In this document: in pieces, positions 38,597 through 50,700 of the stretch | How the letters are laid out: each line of letters starts with the position of its first letter | How positions within the stretch are numbered: position 1 is the first letter of the stretch | Origin: Selaginella moellendorffii | Taxonomy: Eukaryota > Plantae > Lycopodiophyta | Assembly: GCF_000143415.4 (NCBI RefSeq) | Contig: NW_003314262.1 | Coordinates: forward strand, 2,902,603-2,966,602 | Reading direction: 5' to 3' | DNA length: 64,000 nucleotides | The notes under the pieces: generated by a model | Databases searched by the model: none | What the model saw: the letters and a program-made list of their open reading frames with translations, nothing else | What the model was told of the DNA's origin: nothing | Program-made: the position numbers and the translations under genes

Positions 38597-40092
38597 TCTG
38601 AAAGTGCAGAAAAGAAGTTAAGACCATACAAAAAATGATTGGAGAATGGCCTAAATCATAACATACCAAATAGCATGAGGCCACATGCCATTATTCAAAC
38701 ATGCTATTGACACCCACGTGAAATTTTGCATTCACAAAATTGGCATGAGCCCTCATGCCATTAGTGGTACCACTAATGGCATGAGGCCTCACGCTATCTT
38801 TGGCCCCTACTAGCCTGTTGCTATATTCCTTTTGCCTTGCTGCAACTGTATATATAATGGCCTAAATCATAACATTCCTCATAGCATGAGGCCACAAGCC
38901 ATTATTCACACATGCTATGGACACCCACGTTAGATTAGTCATTCACAAAATTGGCATGAGGCCTCATGCCATCTTGATATACACACAGCTGCAGGCAAGT
39001 AAAAACATACATGACAATACGCTAGCCATGAAATTGCAAGGGCCCAAGATGGCATATGGCCTCATGCCATTTCTAAATGTGGTCCTAAACCATTCCATGG
39101 TGAACATACCAGGAAGCACAAGTGCCGAATATCAAGAGGAAGCGGTAGCCACACCAAAGACAGTGCCGCTTGCAACACCGCAACTACTCGTAGCGCCGCT
39201 CGCAACACCGCAACTGCTCGTAGCGCCGCTCGCACAAACTGCCACTCGCATAAACTGTCGCTCGCAATGGCGCTCGCAATGCCGCAACCGCTTGTAGACG
39301 CATAAACCACAGCTCACAACGCCGCTTACACAAGCAGCGCTCACTGTGCTCAGCGGAACCAAGAACACGGCGCACAAAAATGATAGACCTAGGAATGAGT
39401 TCGAGAATTCAAAAATAACACACGCTTGAACGTCACATCAAATCATCTGACAAACCAGATCTTATGATTCCTCTGACAAATTTCAAACTGAGTAGCTTCT
39501 AGACTTTGCTGTCGGAGGTTGAACTTTGTCACATCATGTCCTTGCCTCGATCCAGCTGTGCTATGTCAGTGATTCGAACTTTGCCATGCCATGTCAGCGA
39601 TCCGCGCCAAGATTATTCACCGTGTAAAGGAATAATTATGCTGTGTGTGTACGTCCATTTATGGCAATATAAGGCCACACGCCATTCAAAGAATAATGCT
39701 AGTCGAGCATTTTTTGGTGCATTTTTGGGTTCAAAATTGCATGAGCCCACACGCTATAAAGTTTACCTGTACCAAAAATAGAAACAGCTTTATTCACATG
39801 GGAATTTAAGTGGTTGAGGCATTTTTAAACTTACAAACACATGCCCTACTTACATTCATTTGGTTGCTTAAAATTCAAAAATATTATAAACCTTTCTTTT
39901 TGCATTTTCAATGTTTTCAATTATGGTTTTTGATTTTCTCAGGACCAGCCTAGTAATCTATTTGCATCCCGTCATGTTTATAGCTAGCTTTCGTTTGTCC
40001 CCTTCGCTGGCCTGAGATACATCTGCTCGGAATCTGCCTCTTACAGCATTTGCCCAGAAAGGGCATCTTTCTTCACGCAGCATTTGCCACAT

Positions 40093-40124
40093 GTTTAGGG
40101 TTAGGGTTTAGGGTTTAGGGTTTA
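40093..40124 (+). repeat. Short interstitial plant telomere repeat (TTTAGGG)n / telo-box in the spacer between the two divergent genes; shorter in copy 1 (~29900-29918)
   Basis: gtttagggttagggtttagggtttagggtttag. Confidence 0.85.
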
Positions 40125-41338
40125 GCAATTCAGTAGCTTGATAAACATGCAAATACAGAATTTGATGCAAAATCCTTTGATATGTCACAATGCCCCTAGG
40201 ACCAGAAACACATTTCAATAAAGAGGGTCCTTTCATTTCATAACTCCTTACGTAGATCTTGGTAAAACCAGAGTTAGTGAAGTTGGTTTCTTGTGATCCC
40301 GCATCTGATTGTGATGTCCCTTTGCAGTGTCGATGGAAAGGTCAATGCACACCAAACTGTAGAATCTTGGAGCAAAATAACGGTCGGATCTGAAACATTA
40401 TAAGGCTCGTGTGGTCTCATGTGGTGTTCGATCGAGATGCTTCTTTGCAGGGTCATCAAGAAGGACATTGTATACCATTCTGTAAAATCTAGTTGCGATC
40501 TAACGGTTGGATCTCCAGGAAACTCAAAACAATCTCGCGCGTGTTAGAATATTCTAGGAATATACTCCTATGTGCTCCTGAAAATGGCATGCGGCCCCAC
40601 GCCATTCAAGAGATAACGCCAGATGACGCCGAGGATTTTTTGGTGCATTTTTTGGGATCAAAATTGCATGAGCCCACATGCTTGAATGTCACATCAAATC
40701 CTCTGACAATTTATTTAGCTGAACATCTGGCATTTTTGGAAATACAAGATGCTTTGGAATATCCAATCATGCATGGTATAAATATAGCGAGGGTATTAAA
40801 TGATATCCCAATCATGATCTTTCTTTTGGATTTCGCGTGCATGCAGTCCGAGGAATGATGACGTTGCGGATTTCTTTTGGATTTCACGCATGCGCGCACC
40901 GATCCAGAAATTAATGGTGGCGCCCAAGTCCGAGAAATGATGACGTGGCGGGATTACCAACCGTCGTGACATTTCGCGCGTGTGAGGTTAGGTTTTGCAT
41001 TTTGCTTCGTACTCGCGCTCGCATCGCGCTCCCACTCGCGCTCCCACTTCTCTACAGGTTTCTCGTGTGCATCGGCGTCCACTCGCGCTTGCATCACACT
41101 CGCGCTCGCATCGCGCTCATGTGCATCGGCGTCCACTTCAAGACACACCCAGTTTGTAACTTCGCCGCCAACTCCGCCGCCCACTCCGCCACCCACACGC
41201 AGCCCACTTGGCGTCCCAGGAGATTTCAGCACCACTCTCCAACTGTAAGTGGCAGAGTAGCCTTGCTGCTACGATCCGCTGCACACACAGTGCACATTCG
41301 CCAGCGAGTCCGGTTGTCATGCCTCCATTCGGCTTCAA

Positions 41339-44300
41339 ATGGTAAGTCTTTTAGGCCAAGTAGAAAATGGCATGAGGCCACATGCCATTCAGTAGCAACA
41401 TTGGCATGCACCGATTGGGCTCTCGAGTGCAGTCCGGTTACAGATGGCGTGTAGCCTCACGCCATCTTAGGATGCAGCCTCAAGACATCTGATGCAGTGG
41501 TGAATGGCGTGTGGCCTCACGTTATTTCCAGCTACTAGTTTTTCATCTGCAGCTCTAATTGTTGTGCATTTCTGAACAGGCGAGGAATTGCGTTCTTCTT
41601 CCAACCACTGTCAATGTGGATGCAGAGAAGGGGGAGGAGCTCACCAGTTGGACTTTCGGGATGGAAGGCGAGGATCTGAGGCTGTACAACACAGATGGTG
41701 GGAGAAAAGAATGCATGGGGATCCTCATCCAAGTGACAGACACTCCATGCAGTTCCATGCAAGAATATGGACTGGCACTTGTGGTAGAGACAGCGTCTGC
41801 CTTCAAGATCCACCTTGCACATCCTAGCGGCTTCCCATAGGGGGGCAGCGGCTATGAGGAATTCCTAGAGGGAGCTAGGGAGAGGTTGTCCAGGAGGCCC
41901 ACAATTTCAAAGACGCTGCGGGTCTATGAAGATCACATGGAATCCACGGACCTCACCTACGGCGATGTTCAAAAACTATATTCCAACATTGAGCCATTGA
42001 GAGTGACTCCAGTTTGCGAAGCAAAGGGGAAGGGGGTCGATCTGGAAACTACCTCGAAGCAGAAAAGGGTGGTCAAGCTCAAGCCAACGTCCGACTCTCC
42101 TGCTCCAAAAAAGAAGCTACTCCGTGATGCCATTGCCTCGGGTTCAAACACTACACCCACCAAAAAGAAGAGCCGCAAAGAGCAGAAAGAGCAAGAAGAG
42201 GCAGCAAAAATCGTCGCAGATAATAGTACTTGTTACTATTCCAACAAAGTATATACAATCGACGTGAGCCGTATCGACATCCAAAGCAAATACAACCACA
42301 GGCTAGTATCTGATGAGTGGGTGGAGAAACTGAAGCAGAAGATGCTGGCAAGTCCAGTAACACCCGACATCGCAGACGTGATCCCCTACTACCGAACAAT
42401 GAAGGGCGAGACGAGGTTTCCAGACTTGATCAATAGGAAGGTGTTGGACGATCAGAACATCCGGTTCTATGCCGTCTCCGGGCAGCATTCTAGCTTGGCG
42501 ATGCAAGAGATAGTTGTGGATATTATGGTGGGCGAGGAGGTGAAGAAAGTCTTCAAGACAAGAGTTGTCCGCCTGATAAAAGGCAACTCGCCCCTCCGAT
42601 CTATCATATACATCTCCCACGCGCAGAATGTCAAGCAAGAAACGTGCTACAAATTGGGTCTGCACGAGACATTGGCACGAACATGGAAGCTCTGGGTTCA
42701 ACTGAAGAAGCCACAAAAACCAGGACAAGGACGTGCACTAGCAACTAGCGCCTGGCAGGTAAGCCTCGTTGCATGTGGCATAGCATGTGGCCTCACGCCA
42801 TTTCCATTGCAGGAATTCTCGAGTCTTCTCTCGAAAACACTGGGGGTCAATGACACACTCAGCATCCATAACATTCTACTCGCGACAAAAGTTGTTTTTG
42901 ACAAATGGGTAGATGTGCTGAGGAGGTACCATGACGGGGAGTTGCCAAACTCAATGGGTGTGGAGGACGGCCGGAAGCCCAATGATTTGAAGCTCAACGC
43001 CTTGCGTTTCTCGCGGTCTCTAGACGACGACGACCTTCTGACAGTGGCTAATGCTCTTCTACGTGGTGAGGTAGTCTTCAACAAGACCAAAATGACTCCC
43101 GGCCATATTGTGACATACAAGGACTTGTGCACGACTCTGAGAGCTCGTGCGCTATTGAAGGATTGGATCTTCGAGCAAGTGGCCGTGGAGAGGGTGAGCA
43201 TCGACACCACGCAAGAGATGATGGAAGCGCTGGAGTTGTCAAATGAAGACATCGACGAGTACGTGAAGGGGGCCCCCAAGTTCATCGATCTGCTGCGGGA
43301 TGCCACGAAAAGTAAAGCTGAGAAGTTGGATCAGTATCCAAATTTCATTAAGATTGATGTCGACCGTCGGCTTCAGAAACAGCTCGACCCCGCAGCAGAG
43401 GCCTATCGAGAACCTTACCGGGTATACTTGAATTCGGATGAGGATCAAAGGTGGAGGAGCATCGTTTCCCGCGGAGATGAGCAGGTCAAGAACATCTTTT
43501 GTGTGATGGACTTCACAAATGAGGAGATCACTCATGCAGACGAAGTCAGCTCCATCATTGACTTAATGGTGGGACTTGCGGAGGTGGAATCTTCAGTCCA
43601 CTATATGATCTACGACTCCGAATCCTATCACAAGTTCTGGAAGGCCTTGAACGAGGTGAAGGCTCGGTTGAAAGGCAAGGAGATGCGGGAGATCCATGGG
43701 ATAATGGCTAAGAAGAAGATACCGACGAATGTCCGCATCTTCACACTCACCCATGTTATTGGTCCTGCAGCAGAGTGGGACTGGAGTGACTTCCCAGCTT
43801 CGTTCGACAAGGCCAATCGAATTGATCTGAGGGAGGTCAATTTACCCGTGCCTGAGGAACTGAAGACGGCTATGGAGCTTTCGAATCCAAAGAAAGCTCC
43901 AGGTGCAGCATGGGAAATGCTCAGCTGGGTCTTCAACGCAATAGCGGGTGGGTCACCTGCTTCCGACTCCAAGGGCAAATGCGTTGTCGAGTACAACTGT
44001 GGCGGACTATTCTTTCGAGCCGCACTACTCAAGGGTGTCCCATGTGTTGCGGTGACAAACTCCATTGAAGAGGTGACTTCAATGGAGCATATAATTACAG
44101 TTGCCAAAGAAAAACAGTATCTTCTCTGCGAACCTGGTGAGTACACACTTTAAGTTTAAATGTTATCTCACAAGCTCTGTATGCAGGAGCGTGGCCACCC
44201 CCAGATGCTGAAACGGCGTTAACAGCTACTGTTGAAGATACCCATGTTGGGCCGAGCTCACAACCTGCACAAGGTAAGGTCACGTGAGGCCTCACGCCAT

Positions 44301-47008
44301 TTTGATTATAGATCGTTGTGAATATTCAGACACGAGGACTGAAAAGCGCACTGGTGGCTCCTCGAAGAAGGACAAACAGACAAGCAATAGGAAAAAAGGA
44401 GGTACAAATTATATTTGCAATGGCGTGTGGTCTCATGCCATTCCTTGCAGGAGAAACTTCTTCAAAGGCAAAACAGGCAAGCACCAGCCAAGCTCAAACT
44501 GACAGTGGTCATAAAAAGCGAAAGCACGTTGGACAGTCGTCGAGATCAGAGGCATTTGATTCGAAAAGGAAGAAGGGCAACGAAAAGATGATAGGTAATG
44601 CCTCGCGGTTATGGCATGTGTGCTCATGCCATTCATTGCAGATCAAGGGCTGAGTGAAAGCAGGCAGTCACCACCTCATGACTCAGATTCCTATGGCGGA
44701 CTCCCCTTCCCCAATCTCAATGGAGAGGTACAATGGATGAGGGATGCTTTTCAAGTCAGGGCCACGTTTTTCTCATCTCGTCGTCTTCGAAGGGTGCAAG
44801 AACGTGCAGAAACCATGTTAAGACAGTCGGGTGAGGATACAGTCCTAGGTCACGCACTAAAACAGGCTATGGATGTCTTGTATTTTGAGATGGAGATTCG
44901 GCCAGATGATTTTCCCAAGATGGTCCTGGAAGAACAAGCCATCCAGCCTGAGCAGCCTATGGAAGAAATGCAGGAGGGGGATGAGGAGCCAGAGAAAGAT
45001 AATGAGCAGGAAGAGCAGAAGGACGAAGAGGAGGACAAAGAAGAGGAGGACGAAGAAGAGGAGGACGAAGAAGAGGAGGACGAAGAGGACTTGGATGGTC
45101 CTCACAATGGTGACGATCACAATAACGACGACGACGATGATGACGACGATGGCCAGCCTGAGGTGGCCAAAGAGCAGCGGAGGAAGGTCATACAAGACAA
45201 ACCATCAGGTAAATAATAGTACATCCATTCCTAACCTTTTACCATTTCTAACATTGTCCATGTAGGTCGCAGAGCAAATGGTAAGTAGAGATTATTCAGT
45301 TGAATTTACAAACTCTAGCCTTTAGTGTCGAGGAAGGATAGTGCCAAGCAAGGGTCGAAACGTATGTCCAATCCTTCAGAATCAGCAGTGCGCCCAAGTG
45401 ATATCGGTCCTAGTTCCTCAATAGCAGTTGATGGTAAATACAATATAGTCGATTCAATGTGCTAATGAGTTTGTTTTTAGTAGCACGGGAGGATACCATC
45501 TCAATCGAAGGGAGATATTTGGACATGCATATGGATCCGCCAGTGGACTCTACTTGGCTGCAAGAGTCATCAGAGCTGGTGGAGGCTACTATCCATATCA
45601 ACGCCAAGCAAGCTGACCACGCTCCACTTGATGCTGCCCATACCACTGAGTCAATCTTGTCCACGTATCCAACTGACGGTGACCAGGCGCCATTGGACCC
45701 GCATGAGGCCGCCCCAGCCGCCGAGCCGGTCGTATCCTCATTTCCAACGGACTCAACGTGTGCCCAATCGTCTGACTATGCGCCGTTGGAACCTCCCTAC
45801 ACCGCCCCTGCTGCCTGTTTGGCCATGTCCACTTTGCCAACGGAAGCACCAGCTGAAATGGCGTGTGATCACACGCCATCGGAACCACCCCATGCCACTG
45901 TTGAGCCAGTTGTACCAGAGTCTACAGCTGAAATGGCATGTGCCCACACGCCATCGGATGCGATTGACCCCACATTGCAGAGGAGAGTATTTCCGCCCTT
46001 CACGTTTCCTCGACCAAAACCCTCTCAACGACCATCGGGAGCAACATTTGCTAATATTGTAGATGGTAAAATTGACTTGTACCATTTTTTATGCTGACGC
46101 ATTTCATTTCAGAGTCACGGCGAAGGTACTGTATCGTTTTTGATCTGAACGGTGTCCTTTTCTCCCATAAGCGTGGCTCGTCCTCGAATGTCATTGCACC
46201 TTCCAAAGCCTGCGGTCGCAAGTTGGTCAAAAGAGACAGATTCACATTAATCACACGGGAGAAACTGTGGGATCTAATAATGACCATGCGACACTTAAAA
46301 CAGAGGGCCGGGTTCAATTTGCAATTGGGAGTTTGGACATCCATGATGCGCCACAATGCATTAACGTTGCTACAGATGATGCACGATCAGACGCGAGTAA
46401 TATTACCATTTGACTTTCTCCTAACGCAGGAGGATTGCTTGACTATGGTCCATGTGAGGGGTAGCAAGCCCATCTTCGTCAAGCCAGAGGCTGTAGTGAT
46501 GAACCGGACTACTAGCTCAAGTGAAATCCTCATCATCGATGACTCGCCGATTAAAACTGCAGCGAACACGCACACATATGCAGTGCACCCCATCTCTTGC
46601 AGTATGGAAACTAGGGAGAAGAAACCGTATGTTCTGGGGGACCTTGCAAAACGGCTTGGAGCGATGGTGATAGAGAACCGGCCAGTCCAGGAGGTGGCTG
46701 CAGAAATCAACCAAATGGCAGATGGAACGGTATATCAGAAGCCATTTGATCGGACAGACACCAGTCATCATTTATGGCATGTATATTGTCTAGCCAAGCA
46801 CTATCCGCATCTCCATAATCTGCTCAACTGGATGGGTTCTTCGACCACTGAACATGAGTGTGGACGTATTAGAGAAGAGATGGCATTACTATTGGGTTTA
46901 AATCCTAATAGTGTGGAGAGTGATGAAATTCCAAGATTATTGTATAGGCGTTGGAGGCAAAAAATACAATGGCATGGAACCCCATGTCATAATAAGTTAT
47001 ATTTTTAA
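41339..47008 (+). pseudogene. Cargo gene of copy 2, predicted 11 exons, ~1665 aa; single premature stop at 41838-41840 (TAG vs GAG in copy 1)
   Basis: Exons: 41339-41341 (ATG), 41580-42758, 42813-44136, 44187-44273, 44312-44401 (alternative in-frame acceptor 44329), 44451-44594, 44642-45208, 45266-45280, 45326-45433, 45481-46065, 46113-47008. All introns GT-AG. Introns 3-10 are phase 1, 38-57 nt. Total 4998 nt in one frame. Motifs: NHRLVSDEWVEKLKQKM...FYAVSGQHS (ParB-like); NPKKAPG...CVVEYNCGGLFFRAALLKGVPCVAV (MTase-like); KKRK NLS-like; D/E tract; IVFDLNGVL...GVWTS...FVKP...ILIIDDSPIK (NIF/FCP1 HAD). Confidence 0.8.
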
Positions 47009-47793
47009 ATAAATACATGCCATCTCAGACTGTATTAATATTAAAAGACAATTCTTTGAGAGGATTTGCATTATACTAGAAGTGTTACAGCATGTAATTG
47101 GAAGTCTACGAAGTTGTTTTATTAATAAGGGGAAAGTAAAGATTGAATGGGGACTTGGGCTCCACCTAGACTCGGAGCAACTGAGCCAATATTAAAAGGA
47201 TGGAAAGAAATTGGACGACGATGACAAGGAGAAGAGAGAGGTGAAGCAGTGGTAGGGGGAGGAGAAGTGATTGAGTAGACATTTCCTTGTTTAAAATAAA
47301 ATGGCATGTGCCTCAATGCAATTGAATTTTGTTATATTTATATACTATATAAAGGTTTGGAAACCTTATTTTACAAGTGGGATAATGACAATTCCCACTT
47401 TAACGAAATAGAGCTTTAAAGAAGAAATCATGATGCAACTCACAATATCTTCCTCAACACATCTATAAGCCAAACTTCATAATGCCAAAGCTAATGAAGA
47501 GCATTTCTGCATCAATCCAAAAGCTAAGCACAATGGAGCTATGCCCAACAAGTGATCACTAAATGATCCTCCATAAATCCATCTTAAAGCAAGACATAAT
47601 TCACTTTATAACAAGCATAAGAAGAATCATCAATGATCGATATAGTCCAACTCAAATTCAATAGGGACTCAAATTGTTTAATATCGAACACTAATTCGTC
47701 CTCTCGGGAAGTTAGCATAGTTCACGACTAAATCATTTTTCAAGGAAAAGCTAAAGCTCAACCCCTACTAAACAATCTCATCTAAAACACAAC

Positions 47794-50700
47794 TGTGAGA
47801 CACAAAATCCCTAGGCCCCAAAGTGGAGCCAGAAGGGCACCACATGGTAGTGGCCGAAGCGACAGCCAAACGAGCGTAACACGTTTGGACCAAAGCTCCG
47901 ACATGAAAAGTCAAGAGCGGGAGTGAAACTCCCAACGAAGTGCTCGAGGAACGAGCACGAAGCGAGCAAAAGGCGAGGCTCCAAAAAGGGACCCAAAAGG
48001 ACCAACACATGACACGTGGGAGTGTCCGAGATGGAGTCCGAAGTGGAGTCCGAGGTGGACCCGAGATGGACCCGAGTTGGAGTCCGAAGTGGAGTCCGAG
48101 ATGGAGTCCGAGGTGGACCCGAGATGGACCCGAGCTGGAGTCCGAAGTGGAGTCCGAGGTGGACCCGAGATGGACCCGAGTTGGAGTCCGAAGTGGAGTC
48201 CGAGATGGAGTCCGAGGTGGACCCGAGATGGACCCGAGCTGGAGTCCGAGATGGAGTCCGAGATGGACCCGAGATGGACCCGAGATGGAGTCCGAGATGG
48301 AGTCCGAGATGGAGTCCGAGATGGAGTCCGAGATGGAGTCCGAAGTCGAGACCGAGACCGGGACCGAGGCCGAGGCCGAGACCGAGATCGGGACCGAGAC
48401 CGAGACCGAGGCCGAGGCCGAGACCGAGCCCGAGCCCGAGTCCGAGTCCGAATCCGAGTCCGAGTCCGAGTCCGAGTCCGAGTCCGAGTCCGAGTCCGAG
48501 TCCGAGTCCAGAGCCTGAGAGGGTGAAAGCCCAAAGCGTTCGTCTCCCAGACCCTGGGGGGTTTGGTGAGCTCCAAAAGTATAGTAGGGGGAGGACTGCA
48601 GTGGAGCCAGTTTGGCCAGGAAAGGCCAGTTTGGCCCAGGAAGGCCGGACCCAATGTTGGGTGATGAGATGCCCACTGGGAAGTCCAAGACTAGAGTGAA
48701 CACGGACCGACAAGCGGGGTAGCTTGGTGAAGTGTTCAAGAGCCGGCTCTAGTTCCCCCGGGAGATCGACTGGCCGATGCTCCCAGTCCAAGTGTGGGTG
48801 GCACTACCTACTTGGATACCAGGTGTGGCTCAACGGAACCTCGCTCTAAGCCCATGGCTAGAGCACCTAAAGGCGAAAGGCGGGGAGAGTACCTAGGTGG
48901 CTCGCGTAAGGCCACGGTGTTCCGAAATGTTGTCCCAAAGGCCTAGACTGTGGAAAGGAAGAGGAGCAGTCCTTTGGGGTAGTGACCAAGGACACAGTCG
49001 TGTGGTGAGGAAGTCCCAGAGGACCATGGGACTTAGTGGTCGGGCCTGTGGGCCTCGATCCAATGGCAGTGTTGGCAAACACGGCCAGGGGCAAAAAGGG
49101 ACTTGGTAGGAATTGACAAAGGGACTTTGGGGAAGGCGATTCCCCAGGTCTGTGGGCATCCTAAGGATGCTAAGGAGTGGATCTAGGATGACCACTCGTG
49201 GACCGATAGCCCAGTCTTGGAGAGACGGGATGGTGATGCAAGTGGTATTGGACCACTAGTGTAGCAAAGGTGAATGGGCATGGCCTTAGCGTAACGGGCC
49301 GAGATGTCAGTGGTACCTTTGGGTGTCGGTCTTGGGACCGGACACGTGGAGCACTTGGACCAGGTGCAAGTGTTGAGTGGCATGGATGCCATTCTTGGGG
49401 CTAGCAAGTCCCAAGTCCTGAATTGGACTTAAGGAGGTTGTGAGTGAGACTCCTCCAAGTAGTTGAAGGTGTGGTTAAGTGACTAAAGTAGAATGGAAAA
49501 ATTAGTCGCTTACAATTTGGTATCGGAGCTGTTCTTTAGTCCGACTTTTATTGGTGCTCAAGTATATCACCACTAGTGTTGGCATCGGAAGGTCCGAGGA
49601 GTGGGCCTATCCTTGAGGAGTAGCAAGTCGGGAAGACATGGCTCTCCATTACAGTTCATGTGTGAACTTGTAGACGAGGTGGTGGATAGAAAAGGGCCAA
49701 TAATGGAACGACTTTGGGATCTTGGGAACAATGCAAGGTTTTCCTCATATAGTTGAGGTTGGTGCTCATGAATGTGAGACCAAAGGTAATGACCGTGGAA
49801 TGTCAAATACGGAAGAGGACTCAAGTCCTTGAAATGGTAGCCGGGGCTACCTCTAATAAATGCTGGAACAACCCAAGGAGTTGGGGGTGTATTAAGTGGA
49901 TGAGTTGGTGTTCTCATCACATGGACAAGTAGGTCTAAGGGGCAAAGGTTGCCCCCAGAGAACAAAATCAAGTGTCGGAGTAACACTTGTGAAAATAGTC
50001 CTTTTGAGTAGGACAGGAATGCAAGAAGTGTATTCCAGTGAGCTAGTGCCTCACAAGTAGGACCTTACGGGTCTGTGGATTGACCAAGTCCAAAACTGCT
50101 GGATGACTCAAGTAGAGTCAACAGATGGTCCTAAAAGGACTGATGGAAGCATTTGGACTGAGGTGTGTTGTACCCCACAAAGGATGGGGGGGGATCATAG
50201 GATCCAAGGATGAGAACAGAGGGTATCTCATCAATGGCAAAATGTGCCATGCTAAAGTTATGGGAAAGGTGTTCCCAGAAGAAAACAACTTTGACATAAA
50301 GTTGTGTGTGACCTCTATGGTGCAGTGCTAACGGATGGTTGGCATGAGAAAGAGCGGTGTTGGTTTTGGCAAAGACTTAGACACGAAGGGGAAATGTCAT
50401 AGAGGTAGGCTCGTGGAGCCGATGGTGTGGAGACACCAAATGTGCCAAGGTGTGATACCTTGAGGCTATGTTGGTGGGTTCATGAGAACCCCTTGCCAAA
50501 GGAATCCCAATGGAAATGGGAATAGCATAGCCTAAGTTGCAGAGCATGCAGTTAGAGTGTGGTGACCCAGATAATGATGGAGGTGTGAAAGCACCAAGCA
50601 ATGAGTTGTAGGACTTGACAACTATGAGGCAACTAAGCAAGAGGTGCAAAATAACTGGTTAAATGGGTAGAAGGTAGCTACCCAAGACTTCTTAATAGCA

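Larger units (their letters stand above)
34838..47416 (-). mobile_element. ~12.6-kb TIR DNA transposon, Sola-like (copy 2), inverted relative to copy 1
   Basis: Same 24-bp TIR at both ends and its own TSD TAAA (34834-34837 / 47417-47420). The empty site tcaatgc-TAAA-gaagaaatc matches the family-A homologue (rc of ~18068-18090). Confidence 0.95.

Noticed and set aside
22662-47416. Inverted duplication as an assembly artefact or one giant foldback element
   Set aside because: Each arm has its own complete TIR pair and distinct TSD, the spacer is collinear host sequence, and the arms have private SNPs and indels.
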